From NCBI GenBank assembly GCA_944390695.1, contig CALXQP010000009.1, forward strand, positions 1 to 63,061: a stretch of 63,061 bases of DNA, read 5' to 3'. Under the pieces are notes generated by a model. It worked only from the letters and a program-made list of their open reading frames with translations, searched no databases and had not been told where the DNA came from. The stretch's first letter is position 1. Each line of letters begins with the position of its first letter. Made by a program: the position numbers and the translations under genes. This stretch comes from an uncultured Clostridia bacterium. Lineage in GTDB: Bacteria > Bacillota > Clostridia > TANB77 > CAG-508. Below are positions 37,475-47,121 of this stretch, one piece after another.

Positions 37475-37507
37475 AGAAAAAGTTTAAAAGAAAAAGGAGA
37501 ATATTTT

Positions 37508-38569
37508 ATGTTTGATAAATTAGAGGCAGTAGAAATTAGATATGATGAATTAACAAAAATGATTAGTGATCCAGAAGTGATAGCAAATCAAGCAGAATGG
37601 CAAAAATTAATTAAAGAACATAGCTCAATAGAAGAAGTTGTGCAAAAATATCGAGAATACAAAAAAGAAAAACAAAGAATGGAAGATGCAAAAGAAATGA
37701 TGGAAGACAAAGAACTAAAAGAGCTTGCGGAAATAGACTTTTATGAAGCAAAAGAAAAGCTTCCACAAATTGAAGAAGAATTGAAAACATTATTAATACC
37801 AAAAGATCCAAATGATGATAAAAATATAATTTGTGAGATTCGTGCTGGTGCTGGAGGAGAAGAAGCAGCTTTATTTGCTGGTACATTATTTAGAATGTAT
37901 TCAATGTATGCAGAAAGAAAACATTGGAAAATAGAAATTTTAAATGAAAATGAAAAAAAAAAAAAAAAATATAAAGAAATTTCTTTTATGGTTACAGGAA
38001 AAGGTGCTTATAGTAGATTAAAATTTGAAAGTGGAGTTCATAGAGTACAAAGAGTACCAGACACAGAAAGTAGTGGAAGAATACACACATCAACAGCTAC
38101 AGTAGCAGTACTTCCAGTTGTAGAAGATGTAGAAATTGAAATAAATCCAGCAGATATAAAAATGGAAGTATTTAGAGCTTCTGGTGCTGGAGGACAGCAT
38201 GTTAATAAAACATCATCTGCTGTAAGACTTATACATGAACCAACCGGAATTGTTGTTGAATGCCAAACAGAGCGTTCACAATTACAAAATAGGGAATATG
38301 CTATGAAAATGTTAAGATCAAGATTATATAATATGGAAAAGGAAAAACAAGATTCTGAAATAGCAAATGCAAGAAAAACTCAAGTAGGTTCAGGTGATAG
38401 AAGTGAAAAAATCCGTACATATAATTATCCTCAAGGACGTATAACAGATCATAGAATTGGTATGAGTGTATTCCAAATGGAGAACTTTTTAAATGGAGAT
38501 ATTGATGAAATGGTAGATAATTTAATTGCTGCAGATAGAGCAGAAAGATTAAAAGGTGAAGAAGAATAA
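37508..38569 (+). CDS. prfA: Peptide chain release factor 1
   Basis: 353 aa with the PxT-type region VAVLPV, a [11 protein letters not shown] motif and the RF1-type N-terminus. Contains an in-frame A17 tract. Confidence 0.95.
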   Translation: MFDKLEAVEIRYDELTKMISDPEVIANQAEWQKLIKEHSSIEEVVQKYREYKKEKQRMEDAKEMMEDKELKELAEIDFYEAKEKLPQIEEELKTLLIPKDPNDDKNIICEIRAGAGGEEAALFAGTLFRMYSMYAERKHWKIEILNENEKKKKKYKEISFMVTGKGAYSRLKFESGVHRVQRVPDTESSGRIHTSTATVAVLPVVEDVEIEINPADIKMEVFRASGAGGQHVNKTSSAVRLIHEPTGIVVECQTERSQLQNREYAMKMLRSRLYNMEKEKQDSEIANARKTQVGSGDRSEKIRTYNYPQGRITDHRIGMSVFQMENFLNGDIDEMVDNLIAADRAERLKGEEE

Positions 38570-38691
38570 TAAATTAGGGGGCTAAAATAAGAGGCCTCTT
38601 ATTTGTTATAAATAAATGAAATTTTTGTTGCAAAGTGAAAAAAAATATGGTAAAATACAAACAGATTTTTGAAAGTAGAAAGGAATAAAAT

Positions 38692-41004
38692 ATGAGCAAA
38701 ATTTTAGAAGGACTAAATGATAAACAATATGAAGCAGTAATAAATACAGAAGGACCATGTTTAGTAATAGCAGGAGCCGGAAGTGGAAAAACAAAAGTAT
38801 TAACACATAAAATTGCATATATAATGGAAGAAAAAAAGGCGCTTCCATGGAATATATTAGCAATTACATTTACAAATAAAGCAGCAAATGAGATGAAAGA
38901 AAGAATAGAGAGCTTAGTAGGGGATGCAGGAAAAGATATGTGGATAGGTACATTCCACTCAATTTGTGTTAGAATACTAAGAAAATTTATTGATAGAATA
39001 GGATTTGAATCTTCATTTATAATTTTTGATTCAACAGATCAAAAAACATTAATAAAACAATGTATGAAAGAATTAGAAATAGATGATAAGTTATTAAATG
39101 ATAGGTCAATTGCATCAGAAATAAGTAATGCTAAAAATGATATGATAGAAGCAGAAGAATATATTGTAAAAGTTCATGGAGATTTTAGAAAAGAGAAAAT
39201 AGCACAAGTATATAGTTTATATCAAAAAAAATTAAAAGAAAATAATGCTATAGATTTTGATGATATAATAAATTTTACTATTAAAATCTTAATGGAAAAT
39301 CCAGATGTATTGGAATATTATTCAAATAAATTTGAATATATACTTGTTGATGAATATCAAGATACAAATAAATCACAATTTACTTTAGTAACAATGTTAG
39401 CATCAAAACATGGAAATATTACGGCTGTAGGGGATAATGACCAGGGAATTTATAGTTTTAGAGGAGCAGATATATCTAATATCTTAAATTTTGAAAAAGA
39501 TTTTCCAGGAACTAAAATTATCAAATTAGAACAAAATTATAGATGTACAGGAAATATTTTGAAAATTGCAAATGCAGTAATCAAAAATAATGAAGTAAAA
39601 TATGATAAAAAATTATGGACAGAAAATGATATTGGAAGTTTGCCAAAAGTATTTTCAGCAGATAATGAATATGATGAAGGTAGATATATTGTAGAACAAA
39701 TAGAACATTTAAAAAGGACTGAAAAATATAAGTATTCAGATTTTGCTGTACTTTACAGAATGAATACTCAATCAAGAGCTATAGAAGAAATTTTAAGAAG
39801 AGAAGCAATTCCATATAAAATTATAGGTGGATTAAAATTTTATGAGAGAAAAGAAATTAAAGATATAATATCATATTTAAGATTAGTGCAAAATACATCA
39901 GATAATTTAAGTTTAAATAGAATCATAAATGAACCTAAAAGAGGGATTGGAAAAACAAGTTTAGATAATGTAACACAAATTGCAGAGCAAAATGGAATAT
40001 CAATGTATGAAGTTATAAAAAATGCAGAACAATATGGATTAAACAGAGTATATTTAAATTCTTGTGAATTTATAAATTCAATGGAGGAAATAATTGCACA
40101 AAAAGATGAACTTTCATTATCAGAACTTATTAAAAAACTTTTAAAAGATACAGGATATATAAAAGCATTAGAAAATGAAAATACAGTTGAAGCTGAAAAT
40201 AGAATTGCGAACTTAGATGAATTTTTGACTGTTGCGATGGAATTTGAAGAAGAAAATGCAGAAAATGGTTTAAGTGATTTCTTAGAGGGAATTACTTTAG
40301 CTAGTGATTTAGATAATATGGAAGAAACAGATGAAACTGTTACATTGATGACATTACATAGTGCAAAAGGACTAGAATTTCCTGTAGTATTTTTAGTAGG
40401 AATGGAAGAAGGAATATTTCCAGGCTATAAATCAATTGGCGAACAAAAAGAATTAGAAGAAGAAAGACGTTTATGTTATGTTGGAATAACTAGAGCAAAA
40501 GAAAATTTATATTTAACTAATAGTAAGCAGCGTACAACCTTTGGGTCAACAACATATAATCCTCCATCAAGATTTTTACAAGAAATTCCAAAAGAATTAT
40601 TAGATGGTTATGAAGATGCGAATATTGGAACATCAAAAAGAGCAGAAAGATTTGAGGATAGTGATTATACTTGGAGTTATGGCAAAAAAGGTAATGAAAA
40701 TATTAAAACATATAAAGTTACAGAACCTCAGTTTGCAGCTGCGGCAGCAGGAGCTTCGAACAAAACTGGATTTGCTTTTAGAACTGCTGAGAGCTTTTTA
40801 AATAATTTGAATAAAAAAGTTGACTCAGGTGTTGTTGATTTTTCTGCATATCAATCTGGAACAAGAGTTTATCATAAGAAATTTGGAGAAGGTACTATAA
40901 ATTATGTTGAACCAGAAGGCAATGATTTAAAAGTTGATATCAATTTTGATAAAGCTGGGCATAAACGCTTGATGGCAAAATTTGCAAATTTAGAAATTAT
41001 ATAA
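38692..41004 (+). CDS. pcrA: ATP-dependent DNA helicase PcrA (UvrD family)
   Basis: 770 aa with the LNDKQYEAV start, Walker A AGAGSGKT, DEYQDTN, TLHSAKGLEF, VGITRA, and a C-terminal Tudor-like tail. Confidence 0.95.
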   Translation: MSKILEGLNDKQYEAVINTEGPCLVIAGAGSGKTKVLTHKIAYIMEEKKALPWNILAITFTNKAANEMKERIESLVGDAGKDMWIGTFHSICVRILRKFIDRIGFESSFIIFDSTDQKTLIKQCMKELEIDDKLLNDRSIASEISNAKNDMIEAEEYIVKVHGDFRKEKIAQVYSLYQKKLKENNAIDFDDIINFTIKILMENPDVLEYYSNKFEYILVDEYQDTNKSQFTLVTMLASKHGNITAVGDNDQGIYSFRGADISNILNFEKDFPGTKIIKLEQNYRCTGNILKIANAVIKNNEVKYDKKLWTENDIGSLPKVFSADNEYDEGRYIVEQIEHLKRTEKYKYSDFAVLYRMNTQSRAIEEILRREAIPYKIIGGLKFYERKEIKDIISYLRLVQNTSDNLSLNRIINEPKRGIGKTSLDNVTQIAEQNGISMYEVIKNAEQYGLNRVYLNSCEFINSMEEIIAQKDELSLSELIKKLLKDTGYIKALENENTVEAENRIANLDEFLTVAMEFEEENAENGLSDFLEGITLASDLDNMEETDETVTLMTLHSAKGLEFPVVFLVGMEEGIFPGYKSIGEQKELEEERRLCYVGITRAKENLYLTNSKQRTTFGSTTYNPPSRFLQEIPKELLDGYEDANIGTSKRAERFEDSDYTWSYGKKGNENIKTYKVTEPQFAAAAAGASNKTGFAFRTAESFLNNLNKKVDSGVVDFSAYQSGTRVYHKKFGEGTINYVEPEGNDLKVDINFDKAGHKRLMAKFANLEII

Positions 41005-41012
41005 TAAATATT

Positions 41013-41047
41013 AAAACATCTTATATTTTTGTATAAGATGTTTTTTG
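41013..41047 (+). terminator. Rho-independent terminator after pcrA
   Basis: AAAACATCTTATA-loop-TATAAGATGTTTT followed by TT. Confidence 0.75.
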
Positions 41048-41167
41048 TGTTATAGGGAATGTTGAAAACTCAAATTAGGTAAATAAATACTGGTAAAGTT
41101 ATTTTTTTGTATAAATTTTTTGAAATTGTCCAAAATAGATATATAATTTAAAGAAAGGGTGATTTTA

Positions 41168-41356
41168 ATGGCAGATTTAACTCAAGCAGAGTTACAACAT
41201 TTGAGACATTTAATTGGAGCACATGAAACTGCATATCAAAAATTAAACACATATGCATCACAAGTTCAAGATGCTCAAATTAAGCAAATGTTTACAAAGT
41301 CAGCACAAGATGCTTTGAATACAAAACAAAAATTAATGGGTTTTTTAAATAATTAG
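41168..41356 (+). CDS. Small hypothetical protein paired with the CotF-like gene (spore-coat associated?)
   Basis: 62 aa from ATG 41168, 9 nt after AAAGAAAGGG. Forms a tight pair with the next ORF. Confidence 0.5.
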   Translation: MADLTQAELQHLRHLIGAHETAYQKLNTYASQVQDAQIKQMFTKSAQDALNTKQKLMGFLNN

Positions 41357-41372
41357 TAAAGGAGAGATTTTA

Positions 41373-41621
41373 ATGGATGAAAAAACAATGGTAAATGACA
41401 TTTTAGGAAACGTAAAAGCAGATTTAACTGCATATCAAACTGCTATAACAGAATCAGAAAATATGCAATTAAGACAAACATTTCAACAAATTAGAAATAA
41501 TGATGAATGTTTTCAATATGAATTATTTAAAGTAGCAAACGCTAAAGGATATTATAAGCCAGCACAAAAGGCTACGACTACGGAAATTGAAACTTTGAAA
41601 ACAGAATTACAACAAGGATAG
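41373..41621 (+). CDS. Spore coat protein F-like (Coat_F domain)
   Basis: 82 aa. VNDILGNVKADLTAYQTAITESENMQLRQTF resembles the CotF-family motif (..YxxAxxExxNxxLR..). Confidence 0.65.
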   Translation: MDEKTMVNDILGNVKADLTAYQTAITESENMQLRQTFQQIRNNDECFQYELFKVANAKGYYKPAQKATTTEIETLKTELQQG

Positions 41622-41873
41622 AATTTAGATAGACTTTTTAGTTAATTAAGAAGTCTATCTTTTAGTTAAGATAAAGGTTTTATTAATTAAAAATTACTTT
41701 CAATTTATACTATCCCTAAGGGATTTACAAAAGTTAGAGATAAAATGAATTAAGAAAAGAAAAAAAGAGAAAATATAAGAAAAACAATAATAATCTTCCC
41801 CTGTTAAAAATTGCGAAAAATAATAAAAATATATACAATACTAGAAAAATGTACAAGGGAGAAATGTAATATA

Positions 41874-42872
41874 ATGATTAAACAAATATTAGTATTTGCA
41901 AGAAAGTCAATAAAACTTACAATACTTGTAGCTGTTTCAATATTTTTGATAATATGTGCTGTAGCATTATTTTTTAAGCCAATTTATAGTGTTTCAATTA
42001 ATGGTGTGGCAGTTGGCTATAGTAAAGATAAAAGTAAATTACAATCAAGAATTAATAAATACATAGAAACTGGAGAGGGCGGAGAAGATAGTAATATAGC
42101 TTTTGTTCAAGTAGATAATTTACCAGAATATAAGTTGTGTTTACTTAAAAGAAATATTGTTACAAATGATGATGAAATATTTGATATTATAAAACAGTCA
42201 GGAGTAGTTTATTATAAATATTATGCAATTTTAGAGGGTGAAGAGCAAAAGGCTTTTGTATCAGAATTTTCACAAGCAGAAGAGATTGTAACAAAATTAA
42301 AGGAAAAAAATAGTGATAATATAAGCAATATATCAATACAAGAGATGTATGATACAGAATTAAAAGAATTTGCAGAAGTAGATGCAACAGTAGCTTCACT
42401 ATATAAAGAAAAACCTAAAGAGGTAAAAAAGAAGGTTGTAACAACAGGAAAGGTAAATACATCAACTAATATTTCATATCAAAAAGTACCATTAAATGTT
42501 AATTTAATAAGACCTGTATCTGGAATAATAACATCAAGATTTGGTTCAGCAAGTAGTAGAAGAGTTAGTAGACATACAGGCTTAGATATTGGGGCATCAA
42601 CAGGAACTCCTATAAAAGCAGCAGCTTCTGGTAGAGTTACTTTTTCTGGAGATAAAGGTTCATATGGACTTATGGTAGTTTTGCAACATGAAAATGGTGT
42701 AGAAACATATTATGGTCATTGTAGTAAATTATATGTAAATGTTGGTGAATATGTGAATCAAGGAGATGTAATTGCTGCAGTTGGAAATACAGGTAATAGT
42801 ACAGGTCCACATTTGCATTTGGAAATTAGAGTAAATGGTGTAGCATATAATCCTCAAAATTATTTATATTAA
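41874..42872 (+). CDS. M23/LytM-family peptidoglycan metalloendopeptidase with N-terminal TM anchor
   Basis: Has HTGLDIGASTGTPIKAAASG, and GNTGNSTGPHLHLEIRVNG gives the HxxxD/HxH zinc motifs. ATG 41874 was chosen over the TTG track start. Confidence 0.85.
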   Translation: MIKQILVFARKSIKLTILVAVSIFLIICAVALFFKPIYSVSINGVAVGYSKDKSKLQSRINKYIETGEGGEDSNIAFVQVDNLPEYKLCLLKRNIVTNDDEIFDIIKQSGVVYYKYYAILEGEEQKAFVSEFSQAEEIVTKLKEKNSDNISNISIQEMYDTELKEFAEVDATVASLYKEKPKEVKKKVVTTGKVNTSTNISYQKVPLNVNLIRPVSGIITSRFGSASSRRVSRHTGLDIGASTGTPIKAAASGRVTFSGDKGSYGLMVVLQHENGVETYYGHCSKLYVNVGEYVNQGDVIAAVGNTGNSTGPHLHLEIRVNGVAYNPQNYLY

Positions 42873-42891
42873 TATAAAACTTTATTTATGC

Positions 42892-42927
42892 AAAAAATTC
42901 TAGGGAAATTACCCTAGAATTTTTTTA
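42892..42927. terminator. Bidirectional terminator shared by the M23 peptidase gene and mecA
   Basis: AAAAAATTCTAGGG-AAATTA-CCCTAGAATTTTTTT. Overlaps the mecA stop codon. Confidence 0.75.
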
Positions 42928-43495
42928 AACATTTAATAATTGCATCTTTTGCAAAAATTTCTTTACCATATTCATTTAGAATCCCATCAATTTCAATTGA
43001 ATTTGAAAGATCTTGACCGAATTCTGCAAAAAATGGTTTCATATAATCTAGTATTATAGAAAATATTTTTACATCTAATGCTTTTAAATAATATGTATTT
43101 TTATAAATAATTAGAGAAAAAATTTTGGAAAAATCTTTTAAGTCTAAATGTGGAAAGTTTTTTAAAAATGCACATAAATATACGAAATTATCAAAACTAT
43201 CAAATTTAAAAATAAAAGAATTATAATTATTATTTATATCTGTTTTTTGTGTGTAGACTTTTGTTATTGTAAATTCACATTCTGCTGGTGTTGGCATAAT
43301 TGCTTCTACAAGTAAATTTGAATCTCCAGGTTTAAATCCTAATTCAGATTCTGCTTTTTCTATAATTGACTCAATTAATTCTTGAGCTTCTTCAGAATTT
43401 GATATTATGCTTTCTGCTGATATATGGTTTGATTCCATATCTTTTAATGTAAGTATAACTTTTATTTTTACATCATTTAATTTTTCAAATTTCAT
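42914..43495 (-). CDS. mecA: Adapter protein MecA
   Basis: 193 aa. The MKFEKLNDVKIKVILTLKDM start and overall layout match the MecA adaptor family. Confidence 0.75.
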   Translation of the reverse strand: MKFEKLNDVKIKVILTLKDMESNHISAESIISNSEEAQELIESIIEKAESELGFKPGDSNLLVEAIMPTPAECEFTITKVYTQKTDINNNYNSFIFKFDSFDNFVYLCAFLKNFPHLDLKDFSKIFSLIIYKNTYYLKALDVKIFSIILDYMKPFFAEFGQDLSNSIEIDGILNEYGKEIFAKDAIIKCLKKF

Positions 43496-43580
43496 TTGTA
43501 AACCTCCACGACTTTTATAAATATATTATACTATGATTATTGATATATTTAAAGACACAATTTTTGGTAAAAAAGATTTG

Positions 43581-43856
43581 TTTAATTAATAATATTATAT
43601 TTATCCTTACCCATGTCCCATTTGATTTCCATCAATCATTACATATTTTGAACAAGTTACGAGTGTGACCGGAGTAGTGTTACAAATTCTTAAACAAAAG
43701 GCATAAAGGGTCCTGTCTTCGGGTATAGTTGTGCCTTTTGTGTTAGAATTTGTTAACGTGACATAGGGTAGCCGAGAAATTTGTGAAAAATATGTAATGA
43801 TTGATGGAAATCAAATGAGGCATGGGTAAGGATAAATATAACATTATTAATTAAAT
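43581..43856. repeat. ~276-bp foldback palindrome containing the second copy of the ~125-nt core (43657-43782, reverse orientation)
   Basis: The arms at 43581-43650 and 43786-43856 are near-perfect inverted repeats. The structure is symmetric about ~43718, which is the same 28-nt loop as the 28.4-kb copy. Confidence 0.85.
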
Positions 43857-43951
43857 AAAAAAGTTTGGATAATACTTGAAAAAAACACAAAATCAATATA
43901 TAATAATGACACGGTATAGGGGGCATTCAAAATTAGAAAGGAATGAATCGA

Positions 43952-44653
43952 ATGCCTATAAAAATGAAAGAATTACCAGAATCTGAAAGACCATATGAAA
44001 AATTAGAGCAATATGGTGAAAAAGTATTAACAAATGCAGAATTACTTGCAATAATAATAAAAACAGGTACTAAAGAAGAAACCGCTGTTGGGTTAGCACA
44101 TCAGATACTAAAATTGAATAATAAAAAAGAAGATAACTTAAGTTTTTTAAGAGAATTGACAGTAGAAGAATTTATGAAAATAAAGGGAATAGGAAAAGTA
44201 AAAGCAATTCAATTAAAAGCAGTATGTGAGCTAGCAACGAGGATGAATGTAATAACAAATTATAAAGATAAACAAATATTAAAACCAAAAGATATAGCAG
44301 AAATACTAATTGAAAAAATGAGATTTGAAAAACAAGAGATATTAAAAGTTGCTATGTTAAACAATAATAATAAATTGCTAAAAATAAAAGATATTGCTAG
44401 AGGAGGCTCTAATTTTGTAAAGGCAACAGTTAAGTCAGTATTAAATGAGGCTGTAAAAATAGAAGCTTCAAAAATAATATTAATACATAATCATCCAGGA
44501 GGAGATCCAACTCCGAGTAGGCAAGATATAGAATTTACTCGAAATATTGAACAAGCTGCAAAAATATTAGAGATACAGTTATTAGATCACATAGTAATTG
44601 GAAATACAAATTATGTAAGTATTTTTTCAGAAAGAGAAAAAATATTAAAATAG
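43952..44653 (+). CDS. radC: RadC-family JAB-domain protein
   Basis: Has the PRERL-like start ELPESERPYEKL, an HhH segment, and the JAMM motif ILIHNHPGGDPTPSRQD. Confidence 0.9.
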   Translation: MPIKMKELPESERPYEKLEQYGEKVLTNAELLAIIIKTGTKEETAVGLAHQILKLNNKKEDNLSFLRELTVEEFMKIKGIGKVKAIQLKAVCELATRMNVITNYKDKQILKPKDIAEILIEKMRFEKQEILKVAMLNNNNKLLKIKDIARGGSNFVKATVKSVLNEAVKIEASKIILIHNHPGGDPTPSRQDIEFTRNIEQAAKILEIQLLDHIVIGNTNYVSIFSEREKILK

Positions 44654-44679
44654 TTTTTTAATTGAAAGGGAGAAATAAA

Positions 44680-45711
44680 ATGAGTTTTTTGTCATTCAAA
44701 TCTAAAGACATAGGGATAGATTTAGGAACAGCAAATATATTAGTAACAATAAAAGGAAAGGGAATAATATTAAGAGAACCATCAGCGATATCAATTGATG
44801 TAAAAACAGAGAGAGTACTTGCAACAGGATTTGAAGCAAAAGAGATGGTAGGGAGAACTCCAAAAGAAATAAAAGCAATTAAACCATTAAAAGATGGAGT
44901 AATAGCAGATTTTACTGCTACAAAATTAATGCTTAAAAATTTATTAGAAAGACTATGTAAAAGATATAATGCAATAAGACCAAGAGTTTTAGTAGGAGTG
45001 CCATCTGGTATAACAGAAGTAGAAGAAAGAGCTGTAGAAGAATCAATTATGCGTGCTGGAGCAAGAGAAGTATATTTAATAGAAGAACCAATGGCTGCAG
45101 CAATTGGAGCAGGAATTGAAATTGAAGAACCAAGTGGAAATATTGTTGTAGATATTGGAGGAGGAACTACAGAAGTTGCTGTAATTTCTCTTGGAGGTAT
45201 TGTAATTAGCAATTCTATTAGAGTTGCAGGTGATGAATTAGATGAAGATATAATTAATTATGTAAAAAGAGAATTAAATTTAGCAATAGGTGTAACAACT
45301 GCAGAACAGATAAAAAAAGAGATTGGTTGTGCAATGCCTTTAATGACACAAATGTCGATGGAGATAAAAGGAAGAGATTTGAATGATGGATTACCAAGAA
45401 CAGAAATAATTACATCAGATCAAATTGAAAATGCAATGAAAGAATCAATAGATAAAATAGTAGAAGCTGTAAAAGTTACATTAGAAAAAACACCACCAGA
45501 GCTTGCATCAGATATTATGGAAAAAGGTATAGTTTTAGTTGGTGGAGGAGCATTAATTAGAAATTTAGATAAATTAATAAGTGCAGAAACAGGAATGCCT
45601 GTATATATTGCAGAAGATCCATTAGATTGTGTAGTAAAGGGAACAGAAAAAACTTTACAAGATCTAGAAAAATTAAAAACTATTTTATTAAATTCAAGAA
45701 AGAGAAGATAG
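44680..45711 (+). CDS. mreB: Rod shape-determining protein MreB
   Basis: Has DIGIDLGTANILV, DIGGGTTEVAVISLGG and an actin-like fold. ATG follows AAGGGAGA. Confidence 0.95.
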   Translation: MSFLSFKSKDIGIDLGTANILVTIKGKGIILREPSAISIDVKTERVLATGFEAKEMVGRTPKEIKAIKPLKDGVIADFTATKLMLKNLLERLCKRYNAIRPRVLVGVPSGITEVEERAVEESIMRAGAREVYLIEEPMAAAIGAGIEIEEPSGNIVVDIGGGTTEVAVISLGGIVISNSIRVAGDELDEDIINYVKRELNLAIGVTTAEQIKKEIGCAMPLMTQMSMEIKGRDLNDGLPRTEIITSDQIENAMKESIDKIVEAVKVTLEKTPPELASDIMEKGIVLVGGGALIRNLDKLISAETGMPVYIAEDPLDCVVKGTEKTLQDLEKLKTILLNSRKRR

Positions 45712-45714
45712 TGT

Positions 45715-46533
45715 ATGGAAAAAGATAAAAAAGGTGGAATTGTAGGTGTTGTAGTCACAATAATATTATTAATAATATTAGTTGTGTTTACAAATACTGG
45801 TTCAGAAAATGTTTCTATAATTGAAAATATTGCGAGCAATATAGTAATGCCAATAGAAAATGGTCTAACATATTTGAAAAATAAATTAAATAATAATGAT
45901 AAATTTTTTGAAAATATAGATGAATTAAAAAATGAAAATGAAACTTTAAAACAAAAGAATAGTGAATTAGAACAACAATTGAGAGAATTTGAAATAATCA
46001 AAAATGAAAATGACCAATTAAAACAAGAACTTAATTTAGCTGAAAAATATGGGGAATTTACTACAGTTCCTGGAATGGTTATTTCAAGAGATATAAGTAA
46101 TTATTCAAAAACTATTGTAATAAATATTGGAAGTGATAATGGAGTAAAAGAGAAAATGAATGTAATTGCTGAAGAGGGGCTTGTAGGATATGTTGTTTCA
46201 ACTACTCCAACTACTGCAAAAGTTCAAACAATAGTAGATAGTGCTAGTAATACAAGTTGTTTAGCAAGTAGTACAAGAGATACAATGATTTGTAAAGGTA
46301 CAATAGAAAATAAATCAATATTAAGTGCTTCAAATATTGCTACAGATGCAAGAATTATCCAAGGTGATAGTGTTGAAACATCTGGGCTTGGAGGAATTTA
46401 TATAAAAGGAATTCATGTTGGAAAAATAAAGAAAGTTAATGAAGGCGCTAATAAAACTGATTCTTATGCTACTATTGAAACTGCTGTAGATTTTGAAAAA
46501 TTAGAAACAGTACTTGTAATAACAAATCAATAG
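45715..46533 (+). CDS. mreC: Rod shape-determining protein MreC
   Basis: 272 aa with an N-terminal TM segment, a coiled coil (ENETLKQKNSELEQQL), and a beta-barrel part ending in a GGIYIKGIHVGKI-type motif. Lies in mreBCD order. Confidence 0.9.
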   Translation: MEKDKKGGIVGVVVTIILLIILVVFTNTGSENVSIIENIASNIVMPIENGLTYLKNKLNNNDKFFENIDELKNENETLKQKNSELEQQLREFEIIKNENDQLKQELNLAEKYGEFTTVPGMVISRDISNYSKTIVINIGSDNGVKEKMNVIAEEGLVGYVVSTTPTTAKVQTIVDSASNTSCLASSTRDTMICKGTIENKSILSASNIATDARIIQGDSVETSGLGGIYIKGIHVGKIKKVNEGANKTDSYATIETAVDFEKLETVLVITNQ

Positions 46534-46570
46534 CAAAATAGTAGTTTTGAGTTATGAAAGGAAAACATAA

Positions 46571-47104
46571 ATGAAAAAAATATTAATACATGTAATATTA
46601 ATACTTACATTTATATTTATATATTTACTTCAAACTATATTTTTTAGTAATTTTACAATAGCAGGAATAATGCCAAATTTATTTGTAATTTTAATGCTAT
46701 ATATAGGTTTATATATGGGGACAAGAATAGGAATAATTTATGGAATAATATTTGGGATATTTATAGATATATGGATAGGAAAAACATTAGGATTAACATC
46801 AATTGCATTAGCAATTATAGGAATTTTAGGAGGGCTTTTTGATAAAACTTTTTCAAAAGATAGTAGAATAACAGTATTATTAATGGGTGTAGTAAGCACA
46901 ATAGTTTATGAAGTTATATTGTGTTTCATGCAATATATTGTAATAGGGGTAAATATAGATGTATTGCAATTTATACAAGTATTATCAATAGAAGTAATAT
47001 ATAATATATTATTAATAATAATATTATATCCTTTGATGAAATTAACAGGATATGAGATAGAAAGTGAAATAAAAGGAGATAGAATATTAACAAGATACTT
47101 TTAA
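46571..47104 (+). CDS. mreD: Rod shape-determining protein MreD
   Basis: 177 aa polytopic membrane protein directly after mreC. Confidence 0.8.
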   Translation: MKKILIHVILILTFIFIYLLQTIFFSNFTIAGIMPNLFVILMLYIGLYMGTRIGIIYGIIFGIFIDIWIGKTLGLTSIALAIIGILGGLFDKTFSKDSRITVLLMGVVSTIVYEVILCFMQYIVIGVNIDVLQFIQVLSIEVIYNILLIIILYPLMKLTGYEIESEIKGDRILTRYF

Positions 47105-47121
47105 AGAAGGTTGGTGCTAAA

